From IMG/VR virus record IMGVR_UViG_3300033067_000489, positions 1 through 35,389 of that record: a stretch of DNA of 35,389 bases; one strand, written 5' to 3'. Origin of the DNA: a virus (Duplodnaviria > Caudoviricetes). This document shows positions 16,775-25,482 of the stretch, in pieces. Below the pieces are notes generated by a model. The model was not told where the DNA came from, ran no database searches, and was given only the letters and a program-made list of their open reading frames with translations. Every line of letters begins with the position of its first letter. The stretch's first letter is position 1. Made by a program: the position numbers and the translations under genes.

Positions 16775-17013
16775 GATCCACCTGCCTGCCTGTTCATCTC
16801 AGCCGCTAATTCTTCCGCACTCGCCCGATCCAAAAATCCACCAAGAGAATTGCAGCTTTTGTTTCGCACTATCCAGTACGGCCAGGTCTCGTCACCCTTG
16901 ACGCTCGCTGTCTCAGCGTAGAACGGCGGGATGAGCCCGATTCCGGTTTTCGTTGTGAGGATGTATGTCGCCGCTTCTTTCAGCTTGCGGTAGTCGTCGT
17001 TCTCATAGGCCAT
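16771..17013 (-). CDS. Hypothetical protein
   Basis: AAGGA RBS; tightly packed in the minus-strand operon. Confidence 0.6.
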   Translation of the reverse strand: MAYENDDYRKLKEAATYILTTKTGIGLIPPFYAETASVKGDETWPYWIVRNKSCNSLGGFLDRASAEELAAEMNRQAGGS

Positions 17014-17016
17014 TGG

Positions 17017-17352
17017 TCAGTCCTTCGCCTCTTTCTCAGTGGAAACGATCAATTTCCATGCCGATGATTTATGTATCCATCCAATCCCAGTCATTTTCTG
17101 AATGACGGAATCATGGCGAAGGAAATGCCCAAGGACGATATGCAGAGCGGCAGCGCCTTCTATAGAAAGCGCGAGGACCGTTTCCTCTTTGAGAAACCCT
17201 TCGGCATTGGGGGGTGGAGTGAATCTGAGGAAGACGCGGTGGGTGTATTCGTCATCGGCATTACGCCCGACGAAAACGACAGACCCGGATGCGGTTTCCT
17301 CTTTGAAGCCAGTAACCCGGAACGGCTTGGCTTCTGCCTCAGTGTCGGACAT
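17017..17352 (-). CDS. Hypothetical protein
   Basis: GAGGA RBS; tightly packed. Confidence 0.6.
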   Translation of the reverse strand: MSDTEAEAKPFRVTGFKEETASGSVVFVGRNADDEYTHRVFLRFTPPPNAEGFLKEETVLALSIEGAAALHIVLGHFLRHDSVIQKMTGIGWIHKSSAWKLIVSTEKEAKD

Positions 17353-17361
17353 GGATCATCC

Positions 17362-17556
17362 TCATATCGGGCGTGAAATGGCGACTTCGGCGAGGTGCCC
17401 ACTCTTGGCCTCGGCAGGTGGGGACATGATTGACCGATTATGCATTATGACTGACACTTTCAGGCCAGCCTTGACCGCCTCGTCCATCGCCTTGGCGAGG
17501 TTGGCGGCGGCAACGCGAACGTTTGTCGCCAAGAGTTTATCCATCGTCTCGGACAT
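17362..17556 (-). CDS. Hypothetical protein
   Basis: AGGAG RBS; first gene of the minus-strand operon. Confidence 0.6.
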   Translation of the reverse strand: MSETMDKLLATNVRVAAANLAKAMDEAVKAGLKVSVIMHNRSIMSPPAEAKSGHLAEVAISRPI

Positions 17557-17584
17557 GTCTGCTCCTATTGTTCTGTAAAATCAC

Positions 17585-17657
17585 CTTTTACGAACAGGGC
17601 CGATTTGTCAAACGCAAAAGCAGGCCATTTGACAAAAATGCAAACTCAAGGCATTTT
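17585..17657. promoter_or_regulatory. Putative back-to-back divergent sigma70-type promoters
   Basis: TTGACA on the minus strand (17606-17611) and on the plus strand (17629-17634, N17, CATTTT). Together they form the 9-bp inverted repeat TTTGTCAAA-N15-TTTGACAAA. Confidence 0.55.
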
Positions 17658-17792
17658 CTCCTCCTCAAATGAGGGTATGAGCGCCGCTCCCTTCATGCAT
17701 CATCTGGCCGTAGCGCGATGCGCTGGTCATTGGGTGGCTTCCGGGCAGGGATTGCCACGGGGAGACTTCCGTAAAAATTCGGGGGCTTCGCA

Positions 17793-18395
17793 ATGGCTAA
17801 CACCAATGCGCCTTTTGGTTTCCAGCACGTCGGCTACATGCCCGGCTATGCCACGGATCAGGCTTATCGGCCGTCTGTGATCGCCAGCGACTACGGCACC
17901 AACATCTATTTCGGCGACCCGGTTCTGCAAATGAATTCGGGCTACATCCAGCAGGCCGTCAACGGCGCAACGCTGGGTCCGATCGGTATCTTCTACGGCT
18001 GCGAAATGCAGTTGTCGGATGGCCGCGTGGTCTACAGCCCGTATTGGCCCGGCGGCGGTGCCGCAAACGCGGTGGCCCGCGTCATGATGGCTCCGGGCGC
18101 GCTGTTCAAGGTGCAGGCCAACGCCGGCCCGATCACCTTCGCTGACATTGGCCAGAACGCGGATTTCACCATCGGGTCTGGATCGACCAAGGGCGGATGT
18201 TTCTCTGGGGCGACGCTCTCGGGCCTCGGCACCACGGCAACCCTTCCGTTCCGCATTGTCGGCCTCATGGGCGGGGCCATCAACGCCGGCGGTCAGGGCG
18301 AGCAGGGCAACGGCTCGGACAACACCTCGGCCTATAACCACGTCCTCGTCACGTTCAACCAGCAAGACTTCCGCGCTGGTACGGGCGGCGTCTGA
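17793..18395 (+). CDS. Capsid-associated (decoration/minor capsid) protein
   Basis: MANTNAPFGF...NIYFGDPV...GIFYGC...FKVQA...IGQNA...TATLPFRIVGL; family typically directly upstream of the major capsid gene. Confidence 0.7.
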   Translation: MANTNAPFGFQHVGYMPGYATDQAYRPSVIASDYGTNIYFGDPVLQMNSGYIQQAVNGATLGPIGIFYGCEMQLSDGRVVYSPYWPGGGAANAVARVMMAPGALFKVQANAGPITFADIGQNADFTIGSGSTKGGCFSGATLSGLGTTATLPFRIVGLMGGAINAGGQGEQGNGSDNTSAYNHVLVTFNQQDFRAGTGGV

Positions 18396-18419
18396 GCGGA
18401 ATATCAGGGGGATTAACCA

Positions 18420-19331
18420 ATGCCTATCTCGCTCGCTCAAATCCGCTCCGAACTGCTTCCGGGCCTGTTCGATGTCCGCGGCTCATACGATCAAATCCCA
18501 CGCCAGTGGGATAAGGTCTTCAAAACCCACATTTCGAAGATGGCCGTCGAGCGCTCGACCCAGATGGCCTTCCTCGGCCTGCCCTTCCTCAAGTCCGAAG
18601 GTGCGGCAACCCAGTTCGACAATCAGGCCGGCGAACGCTGGACCTGGCAGTTCGTGCATATCGAGGTGGCGCTTGGTTACGCCATCACGCGCCGCGCGAT
18701 CGACGACAATCTCTACAAGGCCCAGTTCAACCCCACGAACCTGAAACTGCAAAACGTCTTTTCGCAGTACAAGGAAATTCAGGCCGCGAACATCCTGAAC
18801 CTGGGAACGGTCTATAACTCGTCGATCATCGGCGACGGCGTGGCCCTGTTCTCCACCGCTCATCCCTACGATGGCGGCACATGGGCCAACACCTCGTCCG
18901 TTCCGAAGTCGCTGAATGAATCGTCCCTGTTGCAGAACATGACGAACGTCCGCAACTTCGTTGACGAACGGGGCCTCAAAATCCTCGGCCGCGCTCGCCG
19001 GCTCATCGTGCCGACCCAGCTCGAACAGGTGGCAATCCGCCTCTGCAAAACCGAGCTGCGCCCCGGCACCGCCATGAACGACGTGAACGCCATCCTGTTC
19101 CAGTCCGGCGGCTTGCCGGAGGGGTATCTCGTGATGGACTACCTCACCTCCGCATACGCTTGGTTCCTGACGACCAACGTCGAAGGCTTCATCCACATGC
19201 TCCGTATCCCATACGAGAGCGATATGTGGGTAGATAATGTGACGGACAATCTCCTCGTGAAGGGGTATGAGAGGTACAGCATGGGATATAATGATCCGCG
19301 CGCTGCATTCGGCGAATTCCCCACGAGTTAG
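18420..19331 (+). CDS. Major capsid protein
   Basis: MPISLAQIRSELLPGL, ALGYAITR, KEIQAANILN, GDGVALFSTAHP, LNESSL, DERGLKI, LIVP, YLT, KGYERYSMGYNDPR; codon usage is strongly C-ending. Confidence 0.9.
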   Translation: MPISLAQIRSELLPGLFDVRGSYDQIPRQWDKVFKTHISKMAVERSTQMAFLGLPFLKSEGAATQFDNQAGERWTWQFVHIEVALGYAITRRAIDDNLYKAQFNPTNLKLQNVFSQYKEIQAANILNLGTVYNSSIIGDGVALFSTAHPYDGGTWANTSSVPKSLNESSLLQNMTNVRNFVDERGLKILGRARRLIVPTQLEQVAIRLCKTELRPGTAMNDVNAILFQSGGLPEGYLVMDYLTSAYAWFLTTNVEGFIHMLRIPYESDMWVDNVTDNLLVKGYERYSMGYNDPRAAFGEFPTS

Positions 19332-19396
19332 ATTGTATTTTTTCCCTTTCTCCGAAAGTTGTGCCATTAAGTTGGTAGCAAAACGGAGGAAGGGAA

Positions 19397-19915
19397 ATGC
19401 TTCAAGATATCAGTCTTGCTGTCGTGCGGGCGCTTCTGGATTATGACAAGGAAACTGGAATTCTTTCTTGGCGCAATCCATCAGGCCGATACGGAAGAAT
19501 ACCGGCGGGAACCCCCGCCGGGACTTTGAACAAAGAGGGTTATCGGTACGTCGTAGTTGAGGGGCGACATTATCGTGCAAGCCGATTGATTTGGTTTCAT
19601 GTAACGGGGGTCTGGCCCCCATCGCAGGTTGACCACATCGATCGCAATCCAAGTAACGACAAGTGGAGTAATCTGCGGTTGGCTACTGGTTCTCAGAACA
19701 AGGCCAACAACAGAAAATACCAATCCAAGAATTCAGCGGGCATGCCGAAGGGTGTGCAGTTGATGCAAGGTCGGAGGTCAGTCAGATATAGAGCGATTGC
19801 GACAAAGGACGGGAAGAGAATCCATCTTGGATACTTTGACACTCCTGAAACAGCGCACGCCGCGTATCGGAAGGCTTCTGAAGAGTTGCACGGAGAGTTT
19901 GCTTCGTCGGAGTAA
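19397..19915 (+). CDS. HNH homing endonuclease with AP2-like C-terminal domain
   Basis: LLDYDKETGILSW, GYRYV, VDHIDRNPSNDKWSNLRLAT...QN, then KGV...YRA...IHLGYFDTPETAHAAY...LHGEFA. Confidence 0.9.
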   Translation: MLQDISLAVVRALLDYDKETGILSWRNPSGRYGRIPAGTPAGTLNKEGYRYVVVEGRHYRASRLIWFHVTGVWPPSQVDHIDRNPSNDKWSNLRLATGSQNKANNRKYQSKNSAGMPKGVQLMQGRRSVRYRAIATKDGKRIHLGYFDTPETAHAAYRKASEELHGEFASSE

Positions 19916-19996
19916 CCGCCTGAACCCGTGGGGGCTATTGGGCGGGATTGTGTAAGGGTTCGGCGACCTGCGCCGATCTGCCTATAGGGGGCTTTC

Positions 19997-20941
19997 ATGG
20001 CCGGTTTCAATCAGTCCTACACGAACATTGCGTCTCAGTTTGGCATGCCGCTGTTTGGCGTGTCGGGGCTTCCTGCGTTCACTGGGAACGTGTTCTGGGT
20101 GAATGCCTCGCTCGGCAACGATGGCAACACTGGCGGTCCTCAGGACCCGTTTGCGACGCTTTCTGCGGCGCACAGTGCTTGTGTGGCGAACAACAACGAC
20201 GTTGTTCTGTTCACGGGGACGATTTCTCCGTCTGCGACGCTGGCTTGGAGCAAGGCGCGGACGCATTTGATTGGCCTTGGTCCGAGTGCCAAGATCGCGG
20301 TTGCGAACGTTGCGGCTACGACGGGGACTTTCAGTCCACTGGTGAACGTGACGGCGGCGGGGTGCATTTTCCGGGGATTCAGTGTCGTTTCTGGCATTGC
20401 GCAGGCCGCGACGCAGGTTGCATGGGCTGAGGCTGGGGGCATCAACACCTATGAGGGCGTGACGATCAACCAGGTTGGTCATGCCACTGCGGCGGCGCAG
20501 GCTGGCAACCGGGCTCTGACGATTGCGAGCGTGGGCAACAGCTTCACGAATTGCGTGATCGGCGGCGACCAGGTCGTGCGCGCTACGAATGCGAACGTCA
20601 CCATGACGTTCCTGGCGACGGCTGGCGACAACGCCTTCAACAACTGCGTCTTCGCAATGTGGTCGTCTATTGCAGGCAACCAGCACGTGAGTGCCGCAAC
20701 CGCTACGATGTCGGGCTACACGACCTTCACCAACTGCGCGTTTGTCAACAACCTGCAGGGGGCTGGGGGCACGTCTCTGACCGCGGCGTTTGCGCTGAAC
20801 GGCACGGCTGGCGGTGTAGCTTTGCTGATCGGCACGACGGCGAGCGTGGGGGCAACGAAGATTTCGGCTTCTGGCCCGGTGTATGTGGCAGGGCCGGTGC
20901 CAACGGCGGCCACGTCCAATCTTGCGGTCGCGGCGGCGTAA
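19997..20941 (+). CDS. Putative virion structural protein (beta-helix-like)
   Basis: GNVFWVN...GNDGNTG...PFATLSAA...DVVL lead-in and repeated F.NC.F beta rungs; Ala/Gly/Thr-rich. Confidence 0.65.
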   Translation: MAGFNQSYTNIASQFGMPLFGVSGLPAFTGNVFWVNASLGNDGNTGGPQDPFATLSAAHSACVANNNDVVLFTGTISPSATLAWSKARTHLIGLGPSAKIAVANVAATTGTFSPLVNVTAAGCIFRGFSVVSGIAQAATQVAWAEAGGINTYEGVTINQVGHATAAAQAGNRALTIASVGNSFTNCVIGGDQVVRATNANVTMTFLATAGDNAFNNCVFAMWSSIAGNQHVSAATATMSGYTTFTNCAFVNNLQGAGGTSLTAAFALNGTAGGVALLIGTTASVGATKISASGPVYVAGPVPTAATSNLAVAAA

Positions 20942-20947
20942 CAGCCC

Positions 20948-21223
20948 ATGGCCTATGAAATCGCCGATGCCCGTCGTGAGTTGGCCCCGCGCTTGCGGAA
21001 GCTGGCGCGCAAGACGGGCATCGAGTTCGAGATTGTTGTTTCACTGACAGTAAAGGGCAAGCGGACGTACACCAACGACAAGGGGGATACCTCGGTTTCG
21101 GTTGGTGAGAGGTCCGCTACCTTGGACGGTCTCAGGGGCAACAAGGATACGTTGCGGATGCTGGTCGCGTCACTTGCTGCTGAATTGGGCGGGACCGATC
21201 CGGACTTTGCGGACGACGAATGA
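20948..21223 (+). CDS. Hypothetical protein
   Basis: ORF packed in the + strand operon. Confidence 0.55.
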   Translation: MAYEIADARRELAPRLRKLARKTGIEFEIVVSLTVKGKRTYTNDKGDTSVSVGERSATLDGLRGNKDTLRMLVASLAAELGGTDPDFADDE

Positions 21224-21292
21224 ATACCCTGAGTGCAGGCGGGGATGATCCTGCACCCGAGCCCACGGAGCCGGGCGACAAGGAATGATCTC

Positions 21293-21541
21293 ATGTCCCG
21301 TTCTCGTCACAAGGCACGCGCATCTGGCGGCAAGGCCCCTCTGGATGCTGGCGGCAATCCGAACGTCATCAAGGAAGCCAAGTCCGAACGAAAGAAGGGC
21401 GGCAAGGTTCTCGGCAAGATTGACGGGAAGAAGGCCAAGATGCGGATGGATCGTCCCGGTCGGAAGACGGGCGGCCGTGTCGGGGCCAATACGTCGCCGC
21501 TCTCGACGGCCCATAACGTTGCCAGTTCGGCCAAGGGCTGA
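21293..21541 (+). CDS. Small basic protein with xxGGxV motifs
   Basis: AAGGA RBS before ATG 21293; RASGGKA, RKKGGKV, RKTGGRV. Confidence 0.65.
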   Translation: MSRSRHKARASGGKAPLDAGGNPNVIKEAKSERKKGGKVLGKIDGKKAKMRMDRPGRKTGGRVGANTSPLSTAHNVASSAKG

Positions 21542-21741
21542 TGGCGAGGTTGACGGGGAAGGAACGGGACAAGTTGCCTGCGAAGGATTTCGCGGGGCCT
21601 GACCGTTCTTATCCCATCCAAGACATGAGCCACGCGCGGAACGCTCTCGCGCGTGTTTCTCAATACGGCTATCCCGAATTGAAAAAGCAGGTTCGGGAAA
21701 AGGTGAAGCGGAAATATCCGGGCATTGACGTGTCCGACTGA
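21541..21741 (+). CDS. Small basic conserved phage protein (DUF6582-like)
   Basis: LTGKERDKLPAKDFA...RSYPIQD.SHARNALARVSQ; TGATG coupling. Confidence 0.7.
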   Translation: MARLTGKERDKLPAKDFAGPDRSYPIQDMSHARNALARVSQYGYPELKKQVREKVKRKYPGIDVSD

Positions 21742-21754
21742 GGGGAATTGTCGG

Positions 21755-22426
21755 ATGGGCCTCCCAATCACTGCATCAGTGGCGATGAACGCTGCGGCTT
21801 CGGCCAATAACATCGCGACCAGCCAGACGCCGAGCGGCGCCGGCGATCTTACGTTGACGGCGGGGGCGTTAGCGGGGACCGTTCCGGGAACGGTTGGGGT
21901 CCCCGCGACTGCGCGGAAAGTTCTGTTCACGCCTGCGGGGGATGAGGGGGCCAACGGGACTGTCTGGACCGTTTATGGCACAAATGCCGCGGGCTTCCCG
22001 ATCTCGGAAAATGTGGCTGGGGCCGATAACCCGGCAACGGCAACGACGGTGCAGGATTTCCTCACAGTCACGCAAATCTCGGTGAACAAGGCTCAGGATG
22101 ACGCGGTAACGGTTGGCACGTCTGGTCTTGCATCGACGATGTGGCAGATTGTGAACACAAACGCCGATCCGTGTCAGTTCGGAATTGGCGTCGTCGTGAC
22201 AGGGACTATTTCCTTCACGGTAGAATACACGTTTGACGATCCGAACGCGATGCCGGGCGGCACATTCCCGACTGCGTTTGCTTTCTCGGATCTGACAAGC
22301 AAGGTTGCGAATACTGCGGCAGCTTTGAATATGCCGGTGCGGGCCATCCGGCTGTCCCAGAATTCATTGACGTATCCGGCTACGGCGACGATGACGATAA
22401 TCCCGGCTGGCCTCGCCAGCCCGTGA
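21755..22426 (+). CDS. Putative virion structural protein
   Basis: GAGGGG RBS before ATG 21755; Thr/Ala/Gly-rich beta protein with FTVEYTFDDP and PVRAIRL. Confidence 0.65.
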   Translation: MGLPITASVAMNAAASANNIATSQTPSGAGDLTLTAGALAGTVPGTVGVPATARKVLFTPAGDEGANGTVWTVYGTNAAGFPISENVAGADNPATATTVQDFLTVTQISVNKAQDDAVTVGTSGLASTMWQIVNTNADPCQFGIGVVVTGTISFTVEYTFDDPNAMPGGTFPTAFAFSDLTSKVANTAAALNMPVRAIRLSQNSLTYPATATMTIIPAGLASP

Positions 22427-22436
22427 GGTCATTCTG

Positions 22437-23129
22437 ATGGTTTCGTCTGGGACGTATGATTTTTCTGCCGCAAACGCCGACATTGTTTTGATGGCGTTTG
22501 ATCGTCTGCGGATCATGCCGTCGGCGGTCACGCAAGAGCATATGTGGACGGCCCGGAACGAATTGAATTTGTTGCTTGCTGAGTGGAGCAACAAACAGGT
22601 CAATCTCTGGAAAGTCGAGCTTTACACGGAGCCGCTGCTGGATGGCGTCCCGTCATATGCCGTGTTGCCGCGGACGGTGATGATCCTTGATGCGTATGTG
22701 CAGACTGGTAGCGGTACGTCTGCGATTGATCGCGTGATTTCGCCGATATCGCGGACGGACTATGCGGCACTGCCGAACAAGCTCATTCAGGGCTATCCCA
22801 CGTCGTTCTGGTTTGACCGCCTCATCAATCCGACGATCAATCTGTGGCCCGTGCCGGACGGCGGCGGTCCGTATGTCCTGAAATACTACGCCTGCATCCA
22901 GGTGCAGGATGCGGACATGGGGATGGCTCAAACGCCGGATGTCCCGTATCTCTGGCTCGATGCGATGGTTGCCGGTCTGGCGCATCGTTTGTCGCGGAAA
23001 TACGCTCCTGACATTGAGATGCTGCGGAAGTCAGATGCTATGGAGGCTTGGACGATCGCGGCAACCCAGAATGTCGAAAACGTGCCTATGGCCATCGCGC
23101 CGGCAGTTCGCTCATTTTACCCAAGGTAG
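22437..23129 (+). CDS. Putative head-tail adaptor protein
   Basis: SSGTYDF...ARNELNLLLAEWSNKQVNLW...ISRTDYAALPNK..QGYP..FWFDR...LWPVPD...AGLA. Confidence 0.7.
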   Translation: MVSSGTYDFSAANADIVLMAFDRLRIMPSAVTQEHMWTARNELNLLLAEWSNKQVNLWKVELYTEPLLDGVPSYAVLPRTVMILDAYVQTGSGTSAIDRVISPISRTDYAALPNKLIQGYPTSFWFDRLINPTINLWPVPDGGGPYVLKYYACIQVQDADMGMAQTPDVPYLWLDAMVAGLAHRLSRKYAPDIEMLRKSDAMEAWTIAATQNVENVPMAIAPAVRSFYPR

Positions 23130-23939
23130 ATGATGCCAATAGTTTACCAAGCGACCAACACAGTTAACGGTAAGTTTTACATTGGCGTGACAAGAAACAC
23201 GATTGACCGCCGACGGAAAGAGCACGCGCGTGATGCGTGGGTGCGGCCCTTTTGTCGGAAGTTTCATGCTGCAATCCGCAAATACGGGATGGATGCTTTT
23301 AGTTGGAAGATCGTGGCGCAATTTGATGACTATCAGGCTGCCATTGATGATGAAGAGAAAAAGATTGCGGAGTTAAATCCGCCATACAATATTTCTCGGT
23401 CCTGGCGTGGGACAACAGGCATACCTCGGACACCTGAGTGGAAAGCAAAAATTAGCGCCGCCCAAAAAGGCAGGAAACTGCCTCCCCATCGGGCTGAACA
23501 AACGCGAAAAATGTGTCTTGAATTCTTAAAGCTGAGGCAGCGCGGTGTTGTGTGTTTGGATGAAAACAAATGGTTTGCGTCTGTCAAGGACGCATCCGAA
23601 CATTATGGCGTGGGGTATCGGACGATACATGAAGTAATCGCAGGCCGTCAGAATACGACAGGTGGGAAGTGTTTTTTTGCCTCTAAAGCTCCATTGACAG
23701 ATGAACAATGTGAAGCCGCCTTACGTGACGTAAGGAATCGTCAAATATGCGGGCAGGAAAAAATTAAAAGGGGGGTGCGCGTTCGGTCGGTCATTTGCGA
23801 TTCCACCTCAGAAGTGTTTCGCAGTGGGGCAGATGCGGCTCGTGCCGTTGGAATGAAACCAAGCACTTTATTGGCATTGTGCAGGTCTGGGGGGACGTCC
23901 TTAAACGGGATGAAATTCTCGTATTTGGAGACCAAATAA
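23130..23939 (+). CDS. GIY-YIG homing endonuclease with NUMOD-type DNA-binding repeats
   Basis: IVYQATNTVNGKFYIG, RRKEH, AIRKYG..AF, E...I...PYN; EWKAKISAAQKG (NUMOD3); FASVKDASEHYG and FRSGADAARAVG (NUMOD1-like); visibly lower GC. Confidence 0.9.
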   Translation: MMPIVYQATNTVNGKFYIGVTRNTIDRRRKEHARDAWVRPFCRKFHAAIRKYGMDAFSWKIVAQFDDYQAAIDDEEKKIAELNPPYNISRSWRGTTGIPRTPEWKAKISAAQKGRKLPPHRAEQTRKMCLEFLKLRQRGVVCLDENKWFASVKDASEHYGVGYRTIHEVIAGRQNTTGGKCFFASKAPLTDEQCEAALRDVRNRQICGQEKIKRGVRVRSVICDSTSEVFRSGADAARAVGMKPSTLLALCRSGGTSLNGMKFSYLETK

Positions 23940-24323
23940 ATGGCATGGCGTCCACACGGAAGGGCTCGGGTTAACGTCAATGCGCTGAGTAGCTTCGCGA
24001 CTTGTGACAGGTGCGGAATCCAATACAACATCTCGGACCTGACATGGCAGATGCAGTGGCGCGGCTCGCAAATGCTGAACACGCGCATTCTGGTGTGCAA
24101 GCTGACGTGTCTGGATATTCCTCAGGCCCAGTTGAAAACACTCATTCTGCCCCCGGATCCGTCGCCGACACTGAATGCCCGGCCGGAGCCGTATTTGCAG
24201 GACGAGTCGCCGTGCAACCGGATCACGATTGGCGGCGGGGTGCGGGTGACGATGAACTATCCTGCGCCGCCCATTCGGGTTACTAACGGCGTGATCCAAA
24301 GCAATGCAGTGGTGTCCCCATGA
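23940..24323 (+). CDS. Conserved CxxC phage protein
   Basis: ATCDRCG...L..Q...LVCKLTCLDIPQ...DP.P..NARP. Confidence 0.7.
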   Translation: MAWRPHGRARVNVNALSSFATCDRCGIQYNISDLTWQMQWRGSQMLNTRILVCKLTCLDIPQAQLKTLILPPDPSPTLNARPEPYLQDESPCNRITIGGGVRVTMNYPAPPIRVTNGVIQSNAVVSP

Positions 24324-24514
24324 CAGACAGTCCCGGCGTCAACGTAACCATTCTGGATTTGCCCTATGCGACATTGCCTCTTCTCGGCAATGAGCGGATC
24401 GAGATGGTGCAATTTCCCGATGGCGTTGGCGGGACTGCTCAGTCTGTGCAAATCAGCGTGGTCGATCTGCTGGCGCAACTGGCCGCTCGTGTCACGGCAT
24501 TGGAGAAACCGTAA
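24320..24514 (+). CDS. Hypothetical protein
   Basis: ATGA coupling; VTILDLP.AT.L.GNE and a short coiled C-terminus, fibre-anchor-like. Confidence 0.55.
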   Translation: MTDSPGVNVTILDLPYATLPLLGNERIEMVQFPDGVGGTAQSVQISVVDLLAQLAARVTALEKP

Positions 24515-24870
24515 TGTCTACGCCTGACGGTCTGACGACGCCTTGGAAGAAGTACGATATTGACGCGAGCCAATTCCGTTTCATGAAGCCTCAGGGGCCT
24601 CACATGCCTCTCACGGAAGCCAGCGTGTGCATCCCGCCAGCCTTGTGGATACGGGACGAGGAAGGCGCGCTGTGGACGCTGGGATTTGACTATTCCGAGA
24701 CGGAGTGGCGGACAGGAAAGTACGAGTACGATGTTGTCCGCAATGGTGAAAAGACCGGCGAATTCGCGCGGAATATTGAATTCTCGGTGCCGCCGAATGG
24801 CAAGGTCCGGGTGATCCGGATTTGGGGTGCCGATGGTTGGCGAACGTGGAACGGGAGACGGTTTGTGTAG
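24514..24870 (+). CDS. Hypothetical protein
   Basis: TAATG coupling; GGAG RBS. Confidence 0.6.
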   Translation: MSTPDGLTTPWKKYDIDASQFRFMKPQGPHMPLTEASVCIPPALWIRDEEGALWTLGFDYSETEWRTGKYEYDVVRNGEKTGEFARNIEFSVPPNGKVRVIRIWGADGWRTWNGRRFV

Positions 24871-24874
24871 TCGA

Positions 24875-24903
24875 TAGATTTTTCCCGAAATACTGCGTAT
24901 TGT
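24875..24903 (+). promoter_or_regulatory. Putative sigma70-type promoter
   Basis: TAGATT-N17-TATTGT in an intergenic gap. Confidence 0.4.
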
Positions 24904-24957
24904 GTTCGGGAGGGTAGCGGACAACTAGCCCTTGAGGGCTGACACAGGAGAGGGGCT

Positions 24958-25446
24958 ATGCGTGAATTTGCTATCTCGTTCGGCGGCACGACCGTGGCCG
25001 GCGCGACGACACTGATTTTTGTGAACCCGGCGGCTGCGCCGAACGTCAACATCGAGTTTCTTCGGTTCTGGGTGGGTGAGTCGGCGAACGCCACGTCGGC
25101 CCAGCAGCGCATCCAGATCGGCAACAAGGCGTCGGTGTTTCCGACTTTGACCACCTATACGCCGGTCAAGCTGAAGGTTTCCGATCCCAATGCGTCGGTC
25201 ATCACGGGCGGCACGGCGGGCGCTCAGGGCACTTGCGGCATCAACGCTTCGGCTGAAGGTGCCGGCACGTTCACGGCGCGTCAGGACGACGCTTTCAACG
25301 TGCTGAACGGCTGGCTGTTCGTTCCGACGCCGCCGGAAACCACGATCTATCCGGCGGGCTTCTCGGGCGGTCTGAGCCTGTATTTCCCGGTCGCGCCGGC
25401 GACGCTGACTAATTGGTCAGCCGGACTTCAGTATAGAGAAGTGTGA
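24958..25446 (+). CDS. Putative virion structural protein
   Basis: AGGAGAGGGG RBS; Ala/Thr/Gly-rich beta protein with strong codon bias. Confidence 0.65.
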   Translation: MREFAISFGGTTVAGATTLIFVNPAAAPNVNIEFLRFWVGESANATSAQQRIQIGNKASVFPTLTTYTPVKLKVSDPNASVITGGTAGAQGTCGINASAEGAGTFTARQDDAFNVLNGWLFVPTPPETTIYPAGFSGGLSLYFPVAPATLTNWSAGLQYREV

Positions 25447-25482
25447 TACTGGTCACATTTACGCGCGCCATCGCGTGCGGAG

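Noticed and set aside
18483-19367. Long minus ORF opposite the capsid gene (likewise 13464-14369, 7291-8001, 30971-31885)
   Set aside because: Shadow ORFs with no domain signatures.
19332-19996. Group I intron around the HNH-AP2 gene (or around the GIY-YIG gene)
   Set aside because: Flanking genes look complete and there is too little non-coding sequence for an intron core.
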